64,000 bases of DNA from Octopus sinensis (lineage: Eukaryota), in NCBI RefSeq assembly GCF_006345805.1, contig NC_043005.1, positions 40,672,001 to 40,736,000 of the forward strand, given 5' to 3'. Under the pieces are notes generated by a model. That model was not told where the DNA came from and searched no databases. It worked only from the letters and a program-made list of their open reading frames with translations. Numbering within the stretch: position 1 is the first letter of the stretch; each line of letters begins with the position of its first letter. Shown here in pieces: positions 41,611 through 54,144 of the stretch. The position numbers were made by a program, and so were the translations under genes.

Positions 41611-41896
41611 AGTTGAATAAAGTTAAAACATGGTCTGGTTTCTACGTTTTTATTATGGTATTTTAACAGAGAAAATTGTTTTAATGCTCACAAAGTTAAA
41701 TTAGTACTTTCATACACAGTGTACTCCTCAAATTTCAAATGTGTTTCACTGACAGCTAAACACATTTAAAAACTGATGAGTACACTGTGTGAAAGCGCTA
41801 ATTTAACTTTATGAGCATTACAAAATAATTTTTTTAATGTTAAAATATTATAATAAAAAACGTGAAAACCAGACCACATTTTAACTTTATTCAACT
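41611..41896. repeat. Long fold-back / palindromic MITE-like element (arms of about 135 bp)
   Basis: The left arm agttgaataaagttaaaacatggtctggttt... is the reverse complement of the right arm ...aaaccagaccacattttaactttattcaact. The loop is about 11 nt near 41750. Confidence 0.9.
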
Positions 41897-42747
41897 GATA
41901 TATTATTCTATAAACATTCACACAAATTTGAAAATATGTATATATATAATATACATGCACATTTCTAAAGGTTTTAGAGTTGTGTGAAATCCATATATGT
42001 ACATAAATAACCCAAATGTATTGCAGCTCTGGCAAACACCACACCTTAACACCAAAAGCTTTCACTATCAGACATATGAAGATTTGGTAAATGAATGAAT
42101 TCAGTTGTCACTCAAGCAGCTGAATTTTAGCTCCTAAAACTCACATGGATTATCATGAATGAATACCTGTGTAGGTATGACTGAGTGGTGTAGAGACTCA
42201 CTTAGTAACCACATGGTTCCAGGTTTAGTCCAACTGTGCAGTACCATGAATTGATTCATTTACTAAATCTTCACATGTCTGATAGTAAAACCACACTAAC
42301 ATGAAACATCCTACAAACACTAGTTTAGGAGGGACCTAGGGAAGGAATCTAGTAAAAGATAAATTAACTGTAAAAATGACCAACTATTACAATTTTAATC
42401 ATTTTAAACCAAAGATAAAAAAAAAAAAATCTAACATTTGTCTTCAGCAATCTAATCTAATGTAATCTATTCTCTCTCTTAACTGACATGACCGGGCAAA
42501 ACGCTGGAAGGAAAAAGAAAAAGTGCTAAACTGTTGAATCACTTCTCAGTGCCTGCTTTAACATACAGAAACAAAACAGGAAGATCAGCCAGTCAGTTAG
42601 TCAGCCAGTCTTTTGATGACTAGATTAGCAAAATATGTTTCAGGAAGTCAACCTGCACAGAACATGGTTCTTGCCTGATCAAAACTTGGCACTAATTGGT
42701 GTTATTCAATATCTTGTTCAACACACTGACATACCTAAGCGTACTAT

Positions 42748-43838
42748 TAATAATAATAATTTCTAACATAGGAATGAAGATCTGAATTTTGGTGGCAGAG
42801 GCTAGTCAATTATATCAACCCCAATGCTTAAATTATACTTCATTTCATTGACCCTCATGAGGTTGAAAGGCAAGGTGGACCACAGAAGGATTTATACATA
42901 TATATATATATATATATATATATGTAATCACACATTTTGCCCGACACTAAATGATTCTGCCAGTTCAGCACCCTAATAATAATAATGATAATAGTTTCAA
43001 ATTTTGCCACAAAGGCAACCATTTTGGGAGAGGGGGTGAATTGATTACCCCAATGTTTCACTGATAATTTATTGACCCCGAAAGGATGTAAGGCAAAGTC
43101 AACCTCAGTGTAATTTGAACTCAGAAAATAGTGACGGGTGAAGTACCGTGAAGCATTTCATCCAGCATATTAACGATTCTGCCAGCTAACAGCCTTAAAT
43201 AATGGTTTCGAATTTTGGTAAAAGGCCAGCAAGTTTGGAAGAAGAGGGAATGGGTCAATTACATCAACCCCAGGGCTCACATGGTACTTATTTTATTGAC
43301 CCCCTAAAGCATGAAAGGTAAAGCTGACTTTGGCAGAATTTGAATGCAGAATGTAAAATGCCACTAAGCATTTTGCCTGGTGTGTTAATGATTCTTCCAG
43401 CTTGCCACCTTACTACTACTAAAAATACTAATAATCTTCACTATAAGCACAAGGCCTAAAATTTGTGGGAAGGGGACTAGTTGATTACATTGACCCCAGT
43501 GTTTCACTGGTTTGACCCCCGAAAGGATGAAAGGCAAAGTTGACCTCGGCGGAATTTAACTCAGTTAGTGGTGTTTCATCAATTCCTATGTTCTAAGCAT
43601 TTCACCTGGCGTGCTAATGATTCTGCCAGCTCACTTCCTTAATAATAATCATTTCTACTATAGGCACAAATCCTGAATTTTGGGGGACGGGACTAGTCCA
43701 TTACATCGAGCCCCAGTATTCAACTGGTGCTTATTTTATCAACCTCAACAGAATCTGAAAACAGTTGAAATGCAACTAAGTATTTTCCTTGGTGTGTTAA
43801 TGATCTTGCCAGCTTGCTGCCTTAATAATAATAATAAT
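42748..43838 (-). mobile_element. Head-to-tail array of five SINEs of one family separated by (AAT)n tracts
   Basis: Five recurrences of ...ttgacccc..aaaggatgaaagg..aagt..acct...gattctgccagc, ending near 42973, 43194, 43409, 43638 and 43821. Confidence 0.85.
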
Positions 43839-46134
43839 TCCAGATGAACTGAACTATTGGTATATGATAAACACAACCTTCAAAGTTCTTTTTTTTAATT
43901 TATCCTTTTATTAAATTATATTTCCTTTCACCAGCCTAACTGACTAATTTTCATACAAAATAGATGCAACACCCTGCCACACCAGCCACAATTTGCATAG
44001 GGAAGTAATTGTTGTCATAACATTCCAACAGGATGTAAATTTGAACTTTGCATACTGTATGATGCCCTTCCTACTTCTAACCATTCAACCATGAAATAGG
44101 AGTATTAACCAAGGCAAACTAGGTTATACACCTTGCCTGGAACCCTATAATAATTGGCACAATGCCATCAATTTCTGAGTAAATCAAACCGGTTTATGGA
44201 TGAACACAGATGCATTACTGCATACAAAAAAGTGTTTTATTTTCAAGATTCCATATAATAAAGGCTGTATGAAATGGAAAAGGCATAGTTAGGCAAACCT
44301 TATAGTACTCGAACTTGGGAGAGGCAAGGACACTAATTAAGCATTAAAAAGACATAGGTGTAGCAGTGTGATAAGGAGGTTGCTTCCTAGCCACCACATG
44401 GTTTTGGTTCAGTTGCAAACAGATCCCACATTTTCTGCCCATGAAGTCTGTAGGGTAACAGCAAAATTACTCTTTTCCCCAATGAGACTAAACTTGTACA
44501 TTTATTATAGTAGGTCTGGTGTTTCGACCATTATATGCACTCACATACAGAACTCAACAGCAGCAAAGAGTGTAAATAAGAGGTAGATTCTTGATTGTAA
44601 ACTTCTGGTGCTTACTCACTCAAAGCAATCTAATACAATAGAGAACAAGTAGCTTTTAGATCAATACACAAATACACACACAATAGCTTTTAAACTCTTA
44701 TTCACAAGATTGTAATCACGATCAAATAATGGTTCTTTAGTCCAGTAGTAAACTTTTTTTTTTTTACCGCAGATATTAACATACCATTACGGTTACATAA
44801 ACAGTGGTGTGCATTTAGAGCTGAGTTAATGCATAAGCAACTGGCTTGCCTACAACTCTCTTCTGTTGAACTTTGGTCACAAGTTTATTGCATTAACAAC
44901 AGCAACACACACACAACAAAAGTGAGTGAAAGAAAACAAAAAAATAACCAAAATGAAAACAAATTATATAATACTATGAAGAAAGCAATCTCTCGTGTTT
45001 AGCAGTGTAACCAACCAACAAAAAATGTCATTTTATGAATGGTATCGGGCTGGCCAACTAGCAACAATCTTACAAGTGAGCCAATGCAATCCTACTAGAA
45101 ATAGTAGCCAAATCTCACGTCACACTATACATTCTTAAAAAAAGTAAATAAATAAATAAAAAGGAATAGTGTTGTCCTTGGCATAGGGACAGTCACTGGG
45201 TGGAATGTTTTTGATTAAAAATCTGCTTGATAGGAGCTAAACATCATGCTAAACAGCAAACAGAAGGAAAAATGTAATTAAGTCTGGTCAGTATCTACAG
45301 AATCTGACCAAAAATTAAAAAAAAAAAAAGAGCTAAATGATTGCAAAGGAATGTAAGTGTGAAATGACATAACGAAAAGCGAACAATAAAAGCTCAAGGA
45401 AAGATAATCAAGAGAATCTTATAACCAATAACAATGACACCAAAAATCAATAATCTGAGACTGTTTAGGAGAGACAAAAGAAATCCAGGTTGTAAAGTGA
45501 AGTGTTACAGCAACCACTAGTTAGTTTCCTCAGATGGTTAATGAATCTCAAACAAAATTCACCATGTTTCCAAATACAAATGTTCTTGAAAGACTCCGTC
45601 GCCATTAAGTTGTTATAAGCCAGTTATAAAAATATAAAAGTATTCATTACCAGAGAGCTAGTCATCAATTTAAGAACATCAAAGTTTTACTTAAAATAGA
45701 TTATGTACTTAGCAAAAGTTAACTTCTGTTTACTATTTTTGACCACAAAGCTATACATGAGAAGTGTGTGTACATCCTTGCTTATAAATAAATATATAAT
45801 TAATGAATTGCAAATATGTGTTAGGTATTTTCTTAGCGAAATGCAAAATTGAATCTCTCACAAAAATAGAGTGCAGATGGTATCATGATATTTGTACATC
45901 GTAGGAAATACTGGGGCAATGAAATTTGTTGATAATATGTATATGAATAATCTTTTAAAGCCATATAATGTGCATTAACTTAAAAAGTCATCAATGTGTA
46001 TAAGCTTATAAAGCTATGAATGAGATTAAGAAAACAGTAAATCACTGGATGCATAAAGATAATGTATGTACTCAGCTATTTTGGAGAACAAATGTAAGCT
46101 AAATCTCAACCTAGTTATTCTTCTTATTTCTATT

Positions 46135-46281
46135 TCATCATCATCATCATCATCATCGTTTAGCGTCCGTTTTCCATGCTAGCATGGGTTGGACGGGTCA
46201 ACTGGGGTCTGTGAAGCTGGAAGGCTTCGTCAGGCCCAGTCAGATCTGGCAGTGTTGGCTTCCTAACGCCAACCACTCCGC
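46135..46281 (+). repeat. (CAT)n-flanked interspersed repeat (SINE/LINE-tail family; further copies near 6690, 8110, 16490, 24560, 27350, 31730, 34412, 38128, 40448, 46395)
   Basis: Recurring motif catcatcat..tta.cgtccgttttccatgct.gcatgggttggacgg...cctaacgccaaccac. This copy retains its CpGs. Confidence 0.8.
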
Positions 46282-49200
46282 TTATGATAAAAGTGCAGCT
46301 CCGTGTATATGTGAGTATTTCACATTTTTACTTCATTTTACGTAAGCCCAAAATTATTTTAAAAACAAATTTTCAATATACTTTCTTATACAGTGCTGGT
46401 GCCATGAAAATAAACAGCCAGTCCATTCTGTAAAGTGGATGGCATCAGGAAGGATATCCAATCATAGAAACCATACCAAAGCAAACGTTGGGGCTCAATG
46501 CTGTCCTCTGGCTTGTCAGATCCTGCTGAACTGTTCAACCCATATCAGCATGGCAGACAGACGTTAAATGACAAGGAATAAATTCACAGAATTTGCTGTA
46601 TGTAGTTTACCTCAAGTCTACAACAAGCCAGATTGTAGTGTACACAATCAATCAGCTATTAACAGCAGCCCAAACTCACTTAAACACTTTTAGAGTCCCA
46701 TGTGGAAAACGTTTGATTGAAGCTACCTAATAACCCAGTCTGCACCACTAGAATACTGCACCAAAGCTGATCTTTACTTGTCAGAACCATATGCTAATAA
46801 TTCTAAAACTGTGGATGAGAAACAAGGATTCAGCTTCACACTACCCACAAAGATCCAAGAATAAACCATGGCTCAGCTTTAAACAGTATATATTTACTAA
46901 AATAGAATACACAGAGATCTGAAACCTAGTGGCCCACTTTTGATACCTTTTTACATTTTAATATAAAATCTTACATCCTCTCTTGCCATTTTCATCATTG
47001 GCAATGCATATATAAGCAAAATTAAACAAATCTTAACACAAAAGACCATCAACTGATAATGACCTACTTATATATTCAACTTGAAATTTTTTTTTTATTT
47101 AGAAAACATTAAATGCCCACAGAGGGCACTTGCTTTGGATCCTGTTCTGCAGCCACAAGAACTGAGCTGTGTAGTTCAGCATCCCTTGCCAAGAATCCTA
47201 ACAAAGCACTTGCAGAAGATATTAAAATATAATTCCCATACATTTCAAATAACTTGTCCAGTTTCCTACTTTACCTCTCCATATATTTGTGAGTAGCTCA
47301 TTAATAAATTATGCATATGTCACAGATGAACATGTACATCAGATGCACTTTTTGAATTAAGTTTCTCCTGCCTCTATTTTCCACTCAAAATTACAATCAC
47401 AAACATAACTAGAAACCATCAAGTCCAATTCCTGTACTTGATGCAAAGAGTATGAGGTATAGTGTATTAGGAAACTACGTAGAGGTTAACTGACTTTCTG
47501 GTATGCTGCAAGTGAAACAGAAGGTTGGTGGTTATAAATGCAACCTACTTCATTCCAACTGATGGTGACACTGTGTAATGAAACATTGTATTTATAAACA
47601 TTACCGTTTCCATTTCACACACCAATTATTGTGCCAGAAAGTAGTTTCATGAAATGGGAAGTTTTACATATGCTACAAATCCTATGAATTTATTCTGTAT
47701 AAGAATGTTCAGGATGTGTCAAAATTCATGCACAAAAGAAGTTCAAATGTTCCAAAATTGTCAACAGGCTTTATTTTTCTAAAATTGAATAAAATAATGA
47801 TGACTCCACAAGCACTTGAACATGATGAATAAAAACAAACAAAAAAGGAATAACGACAGTATAAAATGCCAACTGTTTTGGTGCGTCATTTTTGGCCCAC
47901 ACTGTATTTTAGCCACCCCCATGGCCCTAAAGTCTCTTGGGGCTTACATAAAAGGTGAAAAATAAAAGTAAAATACTCACATACCCACCCCCACACATTT
48001 ATTGAAATAAACAGAAATACGAAAATTGAAATCTGGGTTGGAAGAATTTAGCTTTTATTCTCTCATGAATGTACTTAGCATAGTACATTAACTTTATGCT
48101 GGCAGTAATTCAGTGATTTATTAGATAGATATATAGATATAGACAGACAAGACAGATGGACAGAGAGATATCGGTCAAACTAGGTAACTCAAATCTGATG
48201 TGTATTACTGCTACTAGCTGTGGTGCACAAGACTATTATCGTAGAGACACAGTAAAGAGAAGGGAGGGGATTGCCCAGAAAGAAGCAAAAAGAAAACGGA
48301 AATCGAAGGCGTGGGAAAAAGTGGTGAGGTCTAGTCTTATAATGTTGGATCTCAGAGAGATGACGCAGGAATCCGGCATGTGACAAGATGCTGTGCTAGG
48401 ACGGACCCACCCACACACTCCATGCTAGTTTGAAAAAGTACATGTCGAAATAATGATGATGGTTTAGTTGTGTATATATAATATTTGCAACAGCAGCTGC
48501 CAACAACAAGATTTCTAACAAATAGATTGCCACAAAAAGAAAGAGAACGTAGCCGATTAAATCAACGTCTATATTATAAGCTTGCAACTGGTTTATCAAC
48601 CCCCAGATTGTGGAACGACAGTCGCTTTCGATGGGATTTGAACTCTGATAATAAAATAAAAATGCAATCTAATACAGATATAGTATGTTATACGGTGCTT
48701 CGCCCATACTGACATCCACAGCCCTAAAAATAGTGCAGTCCGATAGATAGAAGTTTCATAGAAAATTACCAGAATTTGAAACAAAAGAGAGAGAGAGAGA
48801 GGTGTGTGATGTGCACAGAAACATGAAATAAACAATTCACAAGAGGGATTATTTCGAGGAAAAGATTCAATTAGAAATAAAAGACGGGAAACTAGCAATA
48901 CAAAAAGATGAATGAACATTCTTCTATTTAACATAAATGTGAAGTCGTCATGTGTCATTCGCAGCAGAGAGAGACAGAGGAAGCAACTCCAAACCAATAA
49001 TCGCGCTGCAATGTTTGTCTTCCAGCTAACATGTTGACACAGTCTAGCAGACAGAATAATAAATAATTTTCAAGTCGGGGCCGACGACCGATATAGTAGA
49101 GCTTGTCCTATTTATTTACGAGTTCGACTCTCGTCAAAGTCGAAAGTGTCGATGACTACAGTAGAGTATAGTAGTGAATATTTCGGAATCTAACCAGTAG

Positions 49201-49637
49201 TGGTTTGGGTTTTTTGCCCCTCGGGGACTTGCACTGCAATTTATTCAGTGAAACCTATTTTGCAGTCATCTGTCAATATAAGAAGAAATCACCGGCATCT
49301 TGTCATTATGCCAACTGTACATTCTGGTTGCAAGTGGAAATATCTTCACATACATTATTCACATATCTAGACTAGGAAATGTCACTATTCCTTTTCACAG
49401 GAAATCTACCAATTATTTGTTTTCGAACACCACTAACTTTTATGCCTTTATTATCGATTAATATATATACATATCATACAGACAATAGGTGAGAGCTAAA
49501 TATGCTCATTATAGAAAACACGTAGTAGTGCTTAAATGGATTTAGAGCACCACTTAAACGCCGAATTCTTCATTTAGGACTAGGTCCACAGCGTCAAGAG
49601 TGGCGATAAGAGAATCCAAGGCGAACTGACCACTAGC

Positions 49638-49668
<31 letters not shown>

Positions 49669-51096
49669 TACACGAATGTATGTATGTAAACTCTTAATCC
49701 TATTTTGGGTTTTGATCATTAGAGAATCAGAAATCTGTAAAAGCAATTTTGTTCTAGTCCAATTTTTTTTTTTTTTTCCAAAAACTTATTTTTTGCAAAT
49801 GAGAAACTGATTTGCATATGCAATATTTCTTAGAATAAAAATGTACTTCGTGCGCATTCGTAGTGAATGTATTTTTACGTTTCAAAGAATTCGTGATAAA
49901 TTATAATTTTCATGTTGAAAATGTAATTCATTACAAATCCAAACAATTTGAGCACTTCAAATGCAAACTAAATACACTTATTGGGATACACAATGGATTC
50001 ATGTACAGGAAATAAATATTACCATTATCGAGTCAATGGGGGGGGGGACTATCTAGGTGGTAGTTCCACTTGCTAGAAATAGCAGCCAAATCTCCCTTCA
50101 CATCCTAATGTCTTTAAAAAGAAAAGAAACACTGGATAACGTAACCATAAAAATACGGAAAGGCAAGGTGGTCATGACTGGAATAACTGATAATAGGTCA
50201 GTTCGATTGGGGTTGATCGAGAACAAATCAACAAACACTCAGGACATGGGACTACTTCACTAACGCCATAAGACCAACACAATAAACGCGGTGCAAAATT
50301 ATGTGACTCGAGAGGATGAATTACTAGTATGTAATCATCGAAACAAGATAAACTGGAGCAGGACGGTGATATTTTTTTTTAAAAAACAAAAACACGTCAT
50401 TTTATCAGTGAAAAATGCACTTGTTGCCAAGAACTATCATACACCTGAAAAGCGGGTAAGGGTGGGGGGGTAACAGAGGGAAAGAGTACTTGTTGCCAAG
50501 AGTTACCATTCAACTTATTATCACACGCAACTTACGTCAATTGGTCTGAATCAATTTAAAATAAGTACCCACCAATTACTAACATCAAAACTAACTACTA
50601 CTTCCGTTAGAAATTAAATTAACGTCCCCCAGACAGATAGGTTACCAAAAATCCTTATTTCGTTTAATTATTATAATGTATAAAATCACGGATCAGGTTG
50701 GTAGTGATGATGCTGCTGTTGTTGTCGCAGTACTGTGGACGATGATGATGGCGGGACAGATGCATGTATAAAGCGCCATCACAAACAGTGTTGGTGGTAT
50801 TGCTATTGGTGATATCGATGTTAGTGTTTAGCCCGATATTAGATCTGACAAAGTAGATTCATGATTAAAGGCGTTTGTGATATGATCGTCCAGTTTCATT
50901 TTCCAGTAGAGTACCCTATTTACACACTTTTTTTTTCCAATAGGGTGTCATTTGAAGGAGATTTAGTTGCTATTTGCAGCAGGTCGAGCAACAAATAGTG
51001 AAAAAAAAAAAAATAGAGAGGCTCCTCTCATTGATTATGATATTGATGTTGGAGACCCCCTTCCCAGAGAGATGAAACGTGAATAAAATGACTTAC

Positions 51097-52645
51097 CTGG
51101 AGTCCCTTGTAAAGACCGAGTCGAAGTTTCGGGTGAACTGAATGATTGTTGCGAGTAACGTACTTCCTCCTTGATCCTGTTATCGCTCAACATGGTCTGC
51201 TTCTTTTCGAGCTCATTGAGTTCTTTCTGGTAGAGTTCCTTCTGTTGTTCTTGAATCTCTAGCTGTTCTTGCAGGCGCTGTTTTTGACGTTGATACTCCT
51301 TAAACAACTCCGTGTTGGTGGACCCAGCAGGCCCTGGCGTGGAAGAGGCGGTGGTGTTCAATTTGAGGTGTTTGGGGGAATCTGTTACTGAAGCAGTGAG
51401 ATTATTGTTTACGGGTGAGAAAGAACGAGGTGGTGTACCAGAGGTACCTGGCTTGACGTTCTTCGGAGTGCGTAACGGCGACGATGTCACTGAAGATGAC
51501 GAACGAAATGAGCGCGAATCGTCGGAAATTGAGCTTTGGGTGTTGATGACCTCGCTTTCTTCGAACAGCTTGTCCATCGACATTTGCATAGGATTCTTTT
51601 TCATATTGAATAGCCTGGCTGCAGGGGTCATGGAGCGCGACATAGGGCTAAGTCCATCACCCGAGTCTCGACGTCCTTGCCATAAGCCGCTAGACAGGCC
51701 GTCGAACTGTGGATTTAGTGAGCGGGTCATCATGTCAGCGCCTCCCCTCGGACGAGTGGTGGGTACATGCGAGTGCGGGAACATGCGAGGTTTGATAGGG
51801 GTGACAAGAATCTGTTCCGACCAAGACGCTTCCAGAGATGGTTTTGTCATTGGCCGAATGTCGACATTCATAGTCTTCTGTTCAAAAGGGCAAGAAAATG
51901 TGTCCGTCGGAATACTTTGCAACCAGGAGAGGAGGCTCAAATCAGCATCGCTGAGACCAGTATCGTTCAATAGAGATGCAAATTTCAATTCCATTTCATC
52001 TCCGTTGCTGGTTGCTTTTGATTGACAATAATCTACACAAGATTCATAGAGCAAACCTTTCAGGAGTAATTGTAACAAACGGTCGTTTTTGGCCACCAGA
52101 TTGTTCTGGTCGTTTTTACGTTCGAATGGTAGCAAGTGTTCAACCAACGGATAAACTGTCTTGAAGCACTGGGCACGGGCATTACTCGGGTTCCAGTTTT
52201 GGTAATCGATATGACTAGCCAAACGAGGTAAGGTCAGTAAAAGACAGAGGTTGCTATATTCTTCTTTGGTCGGGCAGAGCGACTCAAGCGAGTTGAGACA
52301 TTTGACCACTTCGTCGACTGTAAAGTCGTAATTGGCCATAATACTAGGCTCAGATTTGATACACAATAATTCCAGATATTTGTGTTTCATAATAATATAC
52401 TCAAAACGTTTCGTGTCAAAATCATCAACACTGCCCAACGGCTGAACGAAGTCCATCACATCGTCCCACTGACCATCGAGTATCAATTGACGCAGGAAGA
52501 GCATGTCGTCTGAAAAAAGTCCATTAATGACTCCTGTCTCTCGTTCGAGAGACATCATTGAAATGTTCAGTTCGCGATTCTGAAGAAATTCCGTCACAAG
52601 ACGGAGTACGTCTGTTTCATTAACTACAATATTCGCAGCCGGCAT
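51097..52645 (-). CDS. WDR47: WD repeat-containing protein 47 (nemitin), first coding exon: LisH + CTLH domains, S/P-rich linker, Q/E coiled coil; WD40 exons lie outside the window or are not recognisable
   Basis: The ORF begins MPAANIVVNETDVLRLVTEFLQNRELNISMMSLERETGVINGLFSDDMLFLRQLILDGQWDDV, matching the WDR47 LisH/CTLH N-terminus. Downstream conserved blocks include LCLLLTLPRL, NWNPSNARAQCF and LLKGLLYESCV. A canonical donor CAG|GTAAGT (plus-strand acttac 51091-51096) ends the exon in phase 1. The ORF-track extension to 51035 is intronic read-through. Confidence 0.93.
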
Positions 52646-53864
52646 TTTCAGAAATAATTAAATAGATCTCCCACACAAAAAAGAAATATTATTTTTTCAA
52701 TAACAAAAGTGTTCACTTCAGGAAATGAAAAGAAAAGGAATTCTTTGCAAAGAAAAAGACTTTTTCCTTCTCTTTTTTTTTTGCACTAAAATAGATTTCC
52801 CATATCTTTGTTGAATTTTAAAACAAAATGTTCCGATATTTAAATTATTGCGTCACGACTCCATGACGCAGTTTGTCATTGTCGGAATCCAACTGTCTGA
52901 AGACTATTTTCAGGCTTGTAATGAATTTAACAGAAAAAGAAGGAAAGGATAGAGATAAATTAGATAGATATAGGATGGAAATAGACAAGGTAAGAAATAT
53001 GCATTACAAAAATTGACAGACAAAAATAGAAAGATTCATCAGGTGATATCAATCGGCAGATTAACCGTTCACAATATAAGTTCCGTTGAGTGAATTAGAA
53101 AAAAATCCGAGATTTTGGTAAAACAGTGTAAACTAAATAAATCCATGGATTATCAAAGTAGCAGCCACAAGACACATGTAGATGTCGGACTTCGAATAGC
53201 AGAGGAAAAGATCGGACCGAACCGAGTAAAATCCCAGATAAAATGATAATAAATGTATATTCACACAGCTGCAGAATTATTGGAAAAAATCGTGTAATAC
53301 CTTACATTGGCGACGTTTACTTTTGGGCCAAAGATGTAAATTCTCCTCTTTTATATACATCTTCATTCTACTGAATCAGTTTTGTTTTCACAACTTGCAG
53401 CCATTCAGCCTGGCGTTTATTGCCGGAAGTTGCCGACAAATACCGTAAAGGAAAAAAAAAATGAAATGAAACATTAAATAGATATTTTATAAATAATATT
53501 ATTTATCAATTTTATTTTTATATTTCAAGGATAATTTATGCAAAAAAATTCAGTATGTTAAATAACTACGAAATGTTTTATCTTTAAATAAACTCGAACC
53601 AAAGCATATAACATAGGAAACAAGCTCTCATATTTATGAATATTAATTGCGTTGGCTTCAAATAGATATAAAAAGTTAAGTACTTACTGTTCGTAATGAA
53701 ATAGGCTATCAATAAACTACGACAGTAGTTATAATTGCGGATATTTTACTTGAAATAAATTAATGGGTTGATGAGGAAGTTTGAGTTACGAAACCGGACC
53801 GGAAGAAGATTTATTTTTTTTAGTATTTTTCTTTACTTCCTGTTTGTAATTTTTTTTCTCCAAG
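52646..53864. promoter_or_regulatory. Bidirectional promoter / 5' UTR region shared by WDR47 and EEFSEC
   Basis: Divergent start codons are 1219 bp apart and CpG is retained. ETS-type motifs: CCGGAAGT 53423-53430, AGGAAGT 53774-53780, CCGGAAG 53799-53805, ACTTCCT 53835-53841. Confidence 0.7.
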
Positions 53865-54144
53865 ATGTCTCTTCGCACGTTCAACTTCAATGTTGGTGTG
53901 TTGGGGCACGTGGACAGTGGCAAAACAAGTCTGTCGAAAATATTAAGTACGACAGCCAGCACTGCTTGCTTTGATAAAAACCCACAGAGTAAAGAGCGTG
54001 GAATTACTTTAGATTTGGGTTTCTCTTCTGCTGTTGTCGATATTCCCGCACACCTTGCTGAATTGACTTCTAAATATGAGCGGCTTCAGTTTACTTTTGT
54101 TGACTGCCCAGGTCACGCTTCTCTCATTCGCACCATTATTGGCG
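53865..54144 (+). CDS. EEFSEC: Selenocysteine-specific elongation factor, coding exon 1
   Basis: NFNVGVLGHVDSGKT (G1 P-loop), ERGITLDLGF (switch I) and VDCPGHASLIRTIIG (G3) are typical of eEFSec/SelB. Donor G|GTAATT at 54145, phase 1. Confidence 0.95.

Noticed and set aside
41420-41620. RE-rich ORF
   Set aside because: Translation of a GA microsatellite.
1223-50473. Numerous 60-135 aa ORFs in the ORF track
   Set aside because: Low-complexity or repeat-derived, many with non-ATG starts, and no recognisable domains apart from the TE remnants listed.
51035-51096. C-terminal 20 codons of the 536-aa ORF
   Set aside because: They lie beyond a consensus CAG|GTAAGT donor and are intronic read-through.
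51312-52025. 237-aa plus-strand ORF and two shorter overlapping ORFs
   Set aside because: Antisense shadow of the WDR47 exon, with a non-ATG start and no recognisable domain.
53296-53310. Minus-strand donor-like sites suggesting a WDR47 5' UTR intron
   Set aside because: No convincing acceptor between these sites and the ATG at 52645.
53363-53404. Minus-strand uORF MAASCENKTDSVE ending in TGA beside EEFSEC, as a possible Sec-sensing uORF
   Set aside because: No SECIS is recognisable, read-through would stop 4 codons later, and it lies on the WDR47 strand. Probably chance or a YY1-like motif.
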